40,363 nt of DNA from a virus: IMG/VR virus record IMGVR_UViG_3300022214_000002, one strand, 5' to 3'. Both the position numbers and the translations under genes were made by a program. Of the stretch, positions 7,615 to 16,400 are shown in pieces (position 1 is the first letter of the stretch; each line of letters begins with the position of its first letter). Below the pieces are notes generated by a model. It was not told where the DNA came from and did no database searches. It was given only the letters and a program-made list of their open reading frames with translations.

Positions 7615-8348
7615 TTTCTAAAGTCTATGACTCGAAGAGGATCGGGTTGATCCTGCCGACATATGACGGACAGTCTTACAACAGAATTGCTGTTGTGAAC
7701 TTTGCACTGCAGTTTCCTGAGTCTAAGAGTGTGGAGATTGCGAGTTCCGCGCTTGGTCACTGCTTCAATACTGGATACCAGACCCTCCTGAAGCTAGTGG
7801 ATAAAGGCGAGCTGGACTATATTATGATGCTGCATGCTGATATTGTTCCGGTTCAAGCCTCTTGGGGTGAGATACTAATTCAGGAAATGTTGACGACGAA
7901 GGCCAGCGTTCTCAGTGTGGTATCACCAATCAAGTCACATGCTGGACTATCAAGCACAGGTGTGATGAAGAAAGACGAAGCGGATTCCAACATGTGGAAC
8001 CCTATTAGGTTCACCATGAAGGAAGTCTACAAGTTGCCTGAGACGTTCACACATCCCCGATTGATCGTGAATACTGGGTGCATGATCATAGATGCTAGGC
8101 AGCAATGGGCAAAGGACCTGGTGTTTGATCTGCGATGTTTTGTGCACAAGGAGACTGGTCAGAGTTGGTATGTTCCAGAGGATTGGATGATGTCGAAGGT
8201 GTGTTGGCAAGCAGGCGGTACAGTGTGGGCCACACGCAAGGTTCTCTTAGAGCACCGTGGCGTGATGGGATTTCCTAATACACAACCGTGGGGCACAATG
8301 GAAACTGAAGGGGCACTGGAAGTCTACAACAACGAAGGGGCAAACTAA
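7611..8348 (+). CDS. Glycosyltransferase-like protein (GT-A fold candidate)
   Basis: RIGLILPTYDG start, then SSALGHCFNTGYQ...LDYIMMLHADIVP (DxD position reads HAD), then VPEDWMMS. The pattern resembles phage GT-A-like proteins. Weak, by eye only. Confidence 0.45.
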   Translation: MISKVYDSKRIGLILPTYDGQSYNRIAVVNFALQFPESKSVEIASSALGHCFNTGYQTLLKLVDKGELDYIMMLHADIVPVQASWGEILIQEMLTTKASVLSVVSPIKSHAGLSSTGVMKKDEADSNMWNPIRFTMKEVYKLPETFTHPRLIVNTGCMIIDARQQWAKDLVFDLRCFVHKETGQSWYVPEDWMMSKVCWQAGGTVWATRKVLLEHRGVMGFPNTQPWGTMETEGALEVYNNEGAN

Positions 8349-8539
8349 TGACTGAAGTCAACACCTACTATTCATACTACGATGAAGACATGATCAACTT
8401 TCTTGAACAAGGTAACCACCTTGTAAAGGTGGGCAAGTGGTACGGAGTGGCAAGTCATGTCAACGATGCTGACGGCGTGGAAGGTACCGTGATCTGGGTT
8501 CCTGGTGTGAAGATCTCTGATCTGCCACGGGCTAAATAG
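8348..8539 (+). CDS. Hypothetical protein (63 aa)
   Basis: TAATG coupling to the upstream gene. Confidence 0.6.
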   Translation: MTEVNTYYSYYDEDMINFLEQGNHLVKVGKWYGVASHVNDADGVEGTVIWVPGVKISDLPRAK

Positions 8540-8540
8540 C

Positions 8541-8771
8541 ATGATCTACCGTGGAGTTCAAATCACCGAAGTGTTCAGAGGATATCCAGACACTCCTGAG
8601 TACTTTCCTGGTGGAGGGTTTGTGACGTTACTATCTAAACACCAAGGCTCTAACGGTGCCACGGTCGTATTCGCCACACGGTGGGATAAATTTTCTATGA
8701 GACACGATGACGAATATCGTAGTAGTGCGTATAGTCAACACGTGACTAGGTATCTAAAGAGATTTGAGTAG
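8541..8771 (+). CDS. Hypothetical protein (76 aa); last gene of the + strand block
   Basis: ATG 1 nt after the upstream stop. Followed by a GC-rich hairpin. Confidence 0.6.
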   Translation: MIYRGVQITEVFRGYPDTPEYFPGGGFVTLLSKHQGSNGATVVFATRWDKFSMRHDDEYRSSAYSQHVTRYLKRFE

Positions 8772-8781
8772 CAGAAGTGTT

Positions 8782-8810
8782 GGCCCCCAGCATTCTAGAC
8801 CCTGGGGGCC
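8782..8810. terminator. GC-rich hairpin between convergent transcription units (candidate bidirectional terminator)
   Basis: GGCCCCCAG (8782-8790) pairs with CTGGGGGCC (8802-8810), with an 11-nt loop. No U-tract on either strand. Confidence 0.5.
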
Positions 8811-8897
8811 TTCACCCTACCTGACATCCTCACTAAACTCGTCGTCCCAATATCCTAACATTTTATCTAACCACTCGCCAGGTTCCATACTACCCTC

Positions 8898-9152
8898 TTA
8901 TTTTAATCCTAACTTAGTAAACAAATACCCGATGATGCCTGTAAGGGTTGGTGTTCCAATCCAACCCAGGACATTGAAGTATACGGAGTGTCTAGCGACA
9001 TCCTTTTGCAGGATCTCGACTTGACCTAGAACCGCATTTCGTGCTTCATCAACGTATTTATGATGATCATGTAGCATGGCAAGTTGGTCATCATTTTGTT
9101 TCTCGATGCGCTGGAGTCGTTCAACGAGTAACGTAAACGTCCGTTCATCCAT
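8898..9152 (-). CDS. Coiled-coil protein with C-terminal TM anchor; putative lysis accessory protein
   Basis: AAGGAT upstream of the ATG. C-terminal VYFNVLGWIGTPTLTGIIGYLFTKLGLK. Directly downstream of the holin and lysozyme genes. Confidence 0.55.
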   Translation of the reverse strand: MDERTFTLLVERLQRIEKQNDDQLAMLHDHHKYVDEARNAVLGQVEILQKDVARHSVYFNVLGWIGTPTLTGIIGYLFTKLGLK

Positions 9153-9165
9153 TGGCTTATCCTTA

Positions 9166-9570
9166 CTACTTTAGCTTCAGTTTTTCATAGGTACGTAACC
9201 CACCAAACCCTAACAGAGCCAGCAGGAGTTCAAACATCAACGACACATCAGGATTTGGAAGTATGGGTATAACCTTGTCGGTATACATCGACACAATCCC
9301 CATAGCCCAGTTTAACAAGTCCCTCACCACAACAGAGTAGGCAAGACTTCCAGCACAGGCCCACCCCACAAACGGTCTCCATCCTGACTTGAACAAGTTA
9401 TCACTCTGTGCCTCAATCTTGTTGACTTCGATCTGGGCAAGGTTCAGCTCATGTGCCTGCTTGAAGAAGAACTGTTCAGCCTCTAGTCTCTTGTCGGCAT
9501 CCGGTATCCACTTGTCAAGCATTGGCTTGACGACTCCGCTAAACACACCCGCCACAGCATCCGCAATCAT
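9166..9570 (-). CDS. Holin, GTA-type 3-TM holin family
   Basis: Amphipathic N-terminus, conserved SGWRPFVGWAC and following TM segments, as in the Pfam GTA_holin_3TM family. ATGA coupling to the lysozyme gene. Confidence 0.7.
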   Translation of the reverse strand: MIADAVAGVFSGVVKPMLDKWIPDADKRLEAEQFFFKQAHELNLAQIEVNKIEAQSDNLFKSGWRPFVGWACAGSLAYSVVVRDLLNWAMGIVSMYTDKVIPILPNPDVSLMFELLLALLGFGGLRTYEKLKLK

Positions 9571-10001
9571 GATGGTTCCTTCCAGATAATATCAGCCAGT
9601 CGTGCCGAGCGTCCCTTGACTTGCTGAGCCCACAACGAATTCAACATTTCAGCCTTAGCTTCTTTGTATCTCTTGTCTTCGAGATGAGCCAAAAACTTTC
9701 TGAATCGGCTCAGCTTATTGATCCCTAAGTTAAACGCCATGTTGAAGACGACGTTCCGCCGGTCTTCTTCCAGTCTCTCAAGCCACGGCCACTTCTTCAA
9801 AGACTCATGGACATGCTTCTCGATGTCCTTGTCGAGAAGAGCCAAGGCTTCTTCCTCGGTAATCGGTACGGCCCTTTCGTGGGCCGATACCAAATGTCCA
9901 TAACCTATGGTGAGAAATCCTAACGAGTCCGTATAGGGAATGTGCATCCCGTCTTTCTTCACCGACCCTTCATCCCGTACAAGCATATCTCGTAACGTCA
10001 T
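9567..10001 (-). CDS. Endolysin, T4-type lysozyme (GH24)
   Basis: MLVRDEGSVKK...YTDSLGFLTIGYGH aligns with the T4 lysozyme catalytic residues E11, D20 and T26. Confidence 0.9.
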   Translation of the reverse strand: MTLRDMLVRDEGSVKKDGMHIPYTDSLGFLTIGYGHLVSAHERAVPITEEEALALLDKDIEKHVHESLKKWPWLERLEEDRRNVVFNMAFNLGINKLSRFRKFLAHLEDKRYKEAKAEMLNSLWAQQVKGRSARLADIIWKEPS

Positions 10002-11446
10002 AGCTTCACCACAATGTTACAGCCAACGCCAGGCGGCGAGACTGGATAGGTTGTTCCACCACCTGTGACAATTGCACTTACGCCAGTGCTTCCTCCACCC
10101 AACTTAGTTATACCTCCACCAGACGGATTGTTTGCTCCACCACCACTGATCCAAACATTTGGTAAAGTGTGGGAGTGTGGGTGCGAGTGAGGAGCGACCT
10201 CTGTTGACTTAGGTGCGTGGTACTGTTCACCAAACGGAACGCCTAGTTCCCTATCGGCGTAGGTATGGGTGATTGTCCAAACAGGCGAACTCTTAGCCGT
10301 TATGTTTATGGCTGTGCTGTTCTGGGCATTCAGCATTGTACTCGCTAACTTCACCGTAGTGGAGCTGCTACGCACGATGTAATATGTCGAACCACTCGTC
10401 AAACCGGTAATGGTCCCGCTAGCTAGGGTGAACACGACTGGCATTCCAGTGATCCATGTGTCCACGTTCGAGCGTACCGTTAGCGTATCGGTTGATACGT
10501 TGACATCTCCATCCACACCGACTTCAGTTGAGATCCCTTCGCCTTGGCAATACAGGGCACGTCCAACCGTTAACGGCATCCTGATTGTTTTCGTTGCGGC
10601 CCAATCGGCGGCAGCACTTGCCCCGCGTCCAGTAGAAACTGGACAGAGATCGTCGTCGTAGTTATTCCACCACAATGTGAACAGGTCTTCAACGTCGGCG
10701 TTCTCTCGTGATGTGGCACCACTCCCTACATCTCCGATTGTGCCATCATCCAACAAGAGCCATCCCGTCGTTGCGCTTGGTCGCCACGTGGCCTTCATGT
10801 CGCCTGTCTGCCATCCCGTGACAGCCGCATTGATTGCGTTGTACACGTCCGACAGTATGGCATTGAACGAGTTCAAGGTATCGCTCGCTGACTGTGCGGA
10901 GTTGGCTGCGCTGTTCGCGCTGTCGCTGGCGGCTTGTGCGAAGATCTCGGCTTCTGCAGCTCCACCACCGTCCACCACTGTTAACCCTGTCCCTGTCGAA
11001 TTGAACGCAATAACCTTTGCTGCCCTGTCGGCAGCATCAAGACTCAGAACCAAGTCATCAGCACTTGTGAAGTTCGTGACGTTCACGCGAATGCACCTGG
11101 TGATGCGTTCATCAAGTTGCTGTGTTAGCATGACGGTTCTGTCTTGTGCGGCTTCCACCACGCTTGCAGGAAACTTCTCTCCTTCAGGAATGGAGACTGG
11201 CTGTGTAAAGGCCACGACCCGTTGGAGAACGACGTTGCCTGTTCCTGCGCTAGGTGGTGATGTAAAGGTTACGGTCCCACCGTCTTCAAGTCCGACACCA
11301 GACACCGTATACGCAGAGTTACTGATTACGGCATCATCTACGTATACGACTAAGTCAGAGGCTTGGAAGATAAGGAACGGGTAGTCGAAGTCGTCTGCGA
11401 CACCGTCGCCGTCATATCGCACGATATTTGAATTTGACTCGATCAT
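9998..11446 (-). CDS. Tail fibre protein 2 (482 aa)
   Basis: The N-terminal ~150 aa are paralogous to the upstream 653-aa fibre. The C-terminus carries HSHPHSH and Gly-rich repeats typical of fibre tips. Confidence 0.8.
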   Translation of the reverse strand: MIESNSNIVRYDGDGVADDFDYPFLIFQASDLVVYVDDAVISNSAYTVSGVGLEDGGTVTFTSPPSAGTGNVVLQRVVAFTQPVSIPEGEKFPASVVEAAQDRTVMLTQQLDERITRCIRVNVTNFTSADDLVLSLDAADRAAKVIAFNSTGTGLTVVDGGGAAEAEIFAQAASDSANSAANSAQSASDTLNSFNAILSDVYNAINAAVTGWQTGDMKATWRPSATTGWLLLDDGTIGDVGSGATSRENADVEDLFTLWWNNYDDDLCPVSTGRGASAAADWAATKTIRMPLTVGRALYCQGEGISTEVGVDGDVNVSTDTLTVRSNVDTWITGMPVVFTLASGTITGLTSGSTYYIVRSSSTTVKLASTMLNAQNSTAINITAKSSPVWTITHTYADRELGVPFGEQYHAPKSTEVAPHSHPHSHTLPNVWISGGGANNPSGGGITKLGGGSTGVSAIVTGGGTTYPVSPPGVGCNIVVKL

Positions 11447-11453
11447 GTGTTCC

Positions 11454-13415
11454 TCACCATTTGAACCCTGCCCGTGATAAGACTGATCCTGTAGCTGCTG
11501 TTACCGTTAGATAGACTCCGCTTGAACGTCCGACTGGAATCTCTATCGGCGATGTTGGCACCGGTGCTGCCGGTGATCCAACATAGAAGCTGTCCTCTAC
11601 GTAGGTTACCGGAATGGCTGCAGGCATATCGCTAGCCCGTTCACCACCAAATCCAAACGAGAGAGAGGCCGAGGTTCCCCATGCTCGTAACGTCTCAACC
11701 ATGTTCTCACGATATGGGATGTTCCCAATCGTTGAGGTTGTCGCGTTGTAGCACGACGAGAACCAGTCTGCTGTAACGGTCGTCGGATTCGCCATGACAC
11801 GTGCTGATCCGGATACCGCAGATCTGTCGATATACTCTCTATCTTTACCAGAGCAGGAGACGAACTCCGCTCCGTTGGCTATAGTTTGGGCATACCCTAG
11901 GAGACACTTCTCGTCGTACCCTGTAGGCATAGTCACAGTAGTATCGACGGGGATACCCTGTACCGAGAATCTGGCGTCGGCTCCTGTTCCACTCCATGTC
12001 GCTCCGTCGTATAACAAGGCTGTTCCGCCTGTATATCCACCCGCTGTGACTCGACTCCAAATGACATAGTTCACGCCATCGATCGAGAAGTCACCCTTAG
12101 CTACGATCCAGTACGTCGTAGCATCCGCGAGGGCTATCCTATTAGCTCCTCTGAAGTGGAATCCCTGCCACTGATAGGCAGTCAACAGACGGCTCACCTG
12201 TTTCGTTTCGCTTGTTGCCAGAGCTGTGCCTGAGGGAGCACCACTCGAATCAGCGTGTATTTCTAGCCAGAGATTACCCGAAGGAGTGCTGACCTTCGCC
12301 ATCGACACGACGACGGAGTGTAGTTCGGCTAAGGCTACTGTCGTGGTAAACGACTGTGCGGCCTGTTGGTTTGCCGATGATAACCTCAGGATGTGTGCGC
12401 TGTCTAACCCTGCTACAAACGCGGCTGTTTGGACACGGCTTTGTGCTGGACTGAACAGCAAAGCGTCTTCTGCCGGACTCCCTGGATCGGCTTCCGTGCT
12501 TTTGTAGATATAGTAGACTTCCCACCAGCGGTGACCACTTGTTCCATCGTCGGCTCTGTCTCGTCCACCAGCTCCTACGGTTGCAAAGTCCGCGAGCAAT
12601 CCCTTGGACGGGGTGACGATGGTACCTTTGTCTGTCACCAGGTATTGGCAGTCTGTCAATCTGGCTTGATCCGGATTCGAGATATCGATGATCGGACCAG
12701 CATCAAGCTTGAGGCCTACTGTGTAGCCTTCAAACCTGTCGTGTACGTCAACGTTGGGTTGACCACCGGCTTCCGCTTCGAGTACCGTGCCGTTCATCGC
12801 AAGACCAGCCCCAAGCGTGATAGCTTCTACCGGACCGTTGCCTGCTGCAGAACCACGCCCTCGAAGTGTACTTGCCGTCGCGTTGATAATGGCTGATGGA
12901 GACGACTCTATGAGGGACTGTAGCTCTGTGACCGTCGGACCTACCGTCACCGTGTTGCCATCGGGTGAGAACGAGACCACTCGATCGGCCCTCTGGGCCG
13001 CGTTCTGCGCTATCTCTAAGTCTTCATCCCCTGTTGCTGCATACGAGGCGATCGTAATCCCTCGAATGGCTTTATCAAACAACTGGTGGAGCATGACGAC
13101 AATACGGTCAAGACCAGTCTCGACAAGACGAGCAGGGAACTTACTCCCCTCTGGAATTGCTATGGTCTGTGTATAGGGCACACTCCGTTCAAGGATGATG
13201 TTGGTCGTACCAGTCGGTGGAGCTACTGAGAACTCCACCGTTCCTCCACCTGGTAGCCCTACGCCAGTCACGGTATAATCTGACGACAATGTTTGCAAGA
13301 CGCCATCGACATAGACCAAGAGATCCGAATCCGCAAAGATCGGGTAGGTATAGTCGAAGCTTGTCGTCGCGTCATTTCCGTCATACCGCATTACATTGGC
13401 TTTGAATTCAATCAT
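11454..13415 (-). CDS. Tail fibre protein 1 (653 aa)
   Basis: N-terminal adaptor-like domain (RYDGNDATTSFDYTYPIF..LLVYVDG..DYTVTGVG..IPEGSKFP). Occupies the position of T7 gp17. Confidence 0.8.
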   Translation of the reverse strand: MIEFKANVMRYDGNDATTSFDYTYPIFADSDLLVYVDGVLQTLSSDYTVTGVGLPGGGTVEFSVAPPTGTTNIILERSVPYTQTIAIPEGSKFPARLVETGLDRIVVMLHQLFDKAIRGITIASYAATGDEDLEIAQNAAQRADRVVSFSPDGNTVTVGPTVTELQSLIESSPSAIINATASTLRGRGSAAGNGPVEAITLGAGLAMNGTVLEAEAGGQPNVDVHDRFEGYTVGLKLDAGPIIDISNPDQARLTDCQYLVTDKGTIVTPSKGLLADFATVGAGGRDRADDGTSGHRWWEVYYIYKSTEADPGSPAEDALLFSPAQSRVQTAAFVAGLDSAHILRLSSANQQAAQSFTTTVALAELHSVVVSMAKVSTPSGNLWLEIHADSSGAPSGTALATSETKQVSRLLTAYQWQGFHFRGANRIALADATTYWIVAKGDFSIDGVNYVIWSRVTAGGYTGGTALLYDGATWSGTGADARFSVQGIPVDTTVTMPTGYDEKCLLGYAQTIANGAEFVSCSGKDREYIDRSAVSGSARVMANPTTVTADWFSSCYNATTSTIGNIPYRENMVETLRAWGTSASLSFGFGGERASDMPAAIPVTYVEDSFYVGSPAAPVPTSPIEIPVGRSSGVYLTVTAATGSVLSRAGFKW

Positions 13416-16400
13416 GGTCTACCTGCCTTAAAGCGTTGGGCCTTTTCCACGTCGTCAACTAAGTCTTTCCATTTTAACTGTCCGTTCTCACGTTGACCAA
13501 GCAACGTGTTCCACGCTGCCGTCTTGTATGCTGTCGTGACGGACGAGATCATATCCTGCTTCGATCCGTTCGGACCATTCGTTCCCTTCTGGAATGCAGG
13601 CATTGACTGCAATTCATTCAAGGATTGGAACACCGTCTTCCCACCTACTTCCATGTTTCCATAGAGTCTACGTAGTTCCATATAGGCATCTACAGGAAGC
13701 TGTACGTGCGGAGACTGCGTCCGAGCAGGTCCCGTAATGTGGTTCTGATCCTTTTCGAGTTGTGCGTAGACCTGTTGTTTCAACGGGTCTGTTGTCGGAA
13801 TGGGTGTCCATCCGAACTGCTTCCCTAATCCACTCCATGACCGCCAGTCGGGTACCTCGGAGAGTTCACCCGCTTCGTTATAGTATGGGATTTTGTTGAA
13901 CCCAGGAATCGTATTCGTAATGTTTCCTAAGGGTCCTTCTGCGGCTGTGACATGACCCTCCACTTGTTGGACGATCTGTCGCAGCATACTAGAATAGGGA
14001 ACCATCTTGGCTGGAAGTTCTTCGATGAACTTCACCATGCCTTTTTCATCACGCATGCTCAAGGCTCCGACGAGATCGTGGAGGTCTTTCGCTACGCGCA
14101 CGTCAGTAAACGCACTTGCCAGTGTTCCAGATATGGCGAGTGTCCACTGCCTGGCGGCGTCCTCGTTGTCGATACGTGGAAGCATATAGGCCATGTTTGC
14201 CACGGTCCTGAGGAGCTGACCCTGTGATCCGAGCTTCTCATAGGGTATGACTGTATCACCAATATGAATCCCTGGCTTGTTCGCCTGATCCATTCGGTAG
14301 ACTCGTCGCATGGCTGGATCTGCCGGTCCATCAGAGACAAGGACCCCTGCTCCTGTCAGAGCTGCAGCAGATGTTGCCACCATCGCGCCCATACCAACTC
14401 GTGCCATTGCCATAGCTCTGCGCTCACCACCAGCCAGGAAGTCGGATACGTTCTTTGGTGATACAAGACCGAGTACCGGATTCCGATAAATGGCTTCGGC
14501 AGAACTGTTGTACATCACGCGAAAGAATGGTACCAGCATTCTGAACGCCAGACTGTTTTCAGTTTTGGCTTGTATCACACCACCGATAGGTCCTCCACGT
14601 ATCTCCTTCATCATGTTAATTAAGTCGGCTTCGTGTTCCCCTATCTGTGAGAGGGGAGTCAGATTACCTTCGTGCATCACCTTGGTGTCAGGGTTACGCA
14701 TGAGTTCTTGTCGCCTGTCGGCAACCATCTTGGCAAACTCTTTGTCCGACAAAGCCTTGCCTACACGTTGTGCGGCTTGGGCCTGGAACATCGCTTCACG
14801 GTAGGCTGCGGCTTCCATCGCAGACTGCTTCACAGCAAATCCTAGGATCGCGTCACCATTCCCGATTATGAAGGAAGGAAAGTTCAACACGCGAGTTAGG
14901 GCATCGACTCCCCACTCAAAGACTGTGTCGCTTCCAGTCAACTTTGGACCAGAGATGTTCCGGATAGGATCTTCTCCACGCCATCTCGCGACGGCTTTCT
15001 TCGATCGCTCTTGAAACTCTTTCGAGACCTGTGCCTCTGTCTCTGTCAGGGGCAATCCCTTCTTGTTTTTATAGGCAGCACTCGCCAGATCACTATAACT
15101 CTTGACGAATGACCACGCCTGAATACCGGCTTCGTTCGGAAGTATGTCGGCAGAGAACATCGCTGCCATGCGCTTCTCTGCAAGCTTCGTCCCTAAGAGG
15201 GCTGCTCCTGCGGTGAAGTTCCCGACGAAGACTCCTAGTCCTGCCGTGCTCGACAGGATGCTGTTCAGATAGATCCCTAACAGATTACCCTTCGCTCCCT
15301 TGATCGAACCCATCAGCCCCTTGACGAACTCAGACTTCTGGGCTGGTTCAGACAGGGAGTTAAACATTTCCACCATCCGCTCTGGTGTCGTCCCAGGAGG
15401 AAGGTCCTTGATCATAGACTCCATCGCCTGTACGACAGGACGCTGTCTTGTCTTCTCGGCTCTGAGGGCCGCTCCGTGTTTCGCGGCATCAGCCATCAAT
15501 GCGCTGGTGACTTCCTTCGCTCCGGTGAGTTTCACCATCAGCTCTTCGAGCTTGGCAGACGAGGGATTAGCCTGATAGGCTTTTGCGAATTTCGAGAAGT
15601 CTTCTGCAAAGCTGGCTTCTACGGCGGCACTCGCCGCGATGTAGTCCTGCTCTTTGAACTCGTGAGGCTTGAACCCTGACTTAGCGGAGGGTTCGAGTCG
15701 TGCCCCAGACTTAATAGACCACGGGGTTACGAGATGTTGATCAAGCAACACTCGTGCACGTGCGGTCATGTCTTTGTCACCATGAGAGGCTAAGTCTAAC
15801 TTGACGAGGGCTCGCTTGTGCCAATCTTCTACATCCATGACCTTCTTGAAGATCATGGTTTGCTGTGCTGGATCGGGTACGGCGTAGGCGTCTGGACCTG
15901 TCGGCTCAGGCAACCCTTCCTTCTGTCGGACACTTCGTCCGAAACCTGGAAGCACAGTCTGCTTGATGTCTGTCGTGTTGGTCAGTGTGACCTGCGGGGG
16001 AGTTGCTTTTGGAACCTCGACTCCACCTTTCTTTGGCACGAACACGTCGGCATGAAGTTCGGTCACGCCTGCGCGTCCTGCTCCGGCTAGCCTACCGTTA
16101 CCCGATACAGGTTGATACCGGCCATCCGGCTTTTGTTCTAGAACGAGACGGTCAACGGCCTCACCCTGCTTGAACTTGGATTCGTACTTCAAGGCTGAGG
16201 CGACGCCTTCCGGACTCGTCATGTCGTGCGCCAGGTCAATCTGGTTGGTCGGAATAGTCTTCGCACCCTCGAACTTCAGGTTCGGATCTGCAGCCGCTAG
16301 ATCAAAGTGCCGGTCGCGGTTGACGCTTTCTAGGGTATTCTGTTCCCCTGGTTTTGGTAAAACTGGCTCAGGACCCCCTGGTTCCTTGCCAGCCTGGACT

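Noticed and set aside
10410-13176. Several long + strand ORFs (10410-10661, 10677-11384, 12226-12507, 12429-12896, 12787-13176) antisense to the tail fibre genes
   Set aside because: They lie opposite well-supported fibre CDSs. Their low-complexity Ser/Ala/Thr/Pro composition is typical of antisense frames of Gly/Ala/Thr-rich genes, and they have no RBS.
9998-13415. Diversity-generating retroelement acting on the fibre genes
   Set aside because: No reverse transcriptase ORF, and no template/variable repeat pair, was seen anywhere in the genome.
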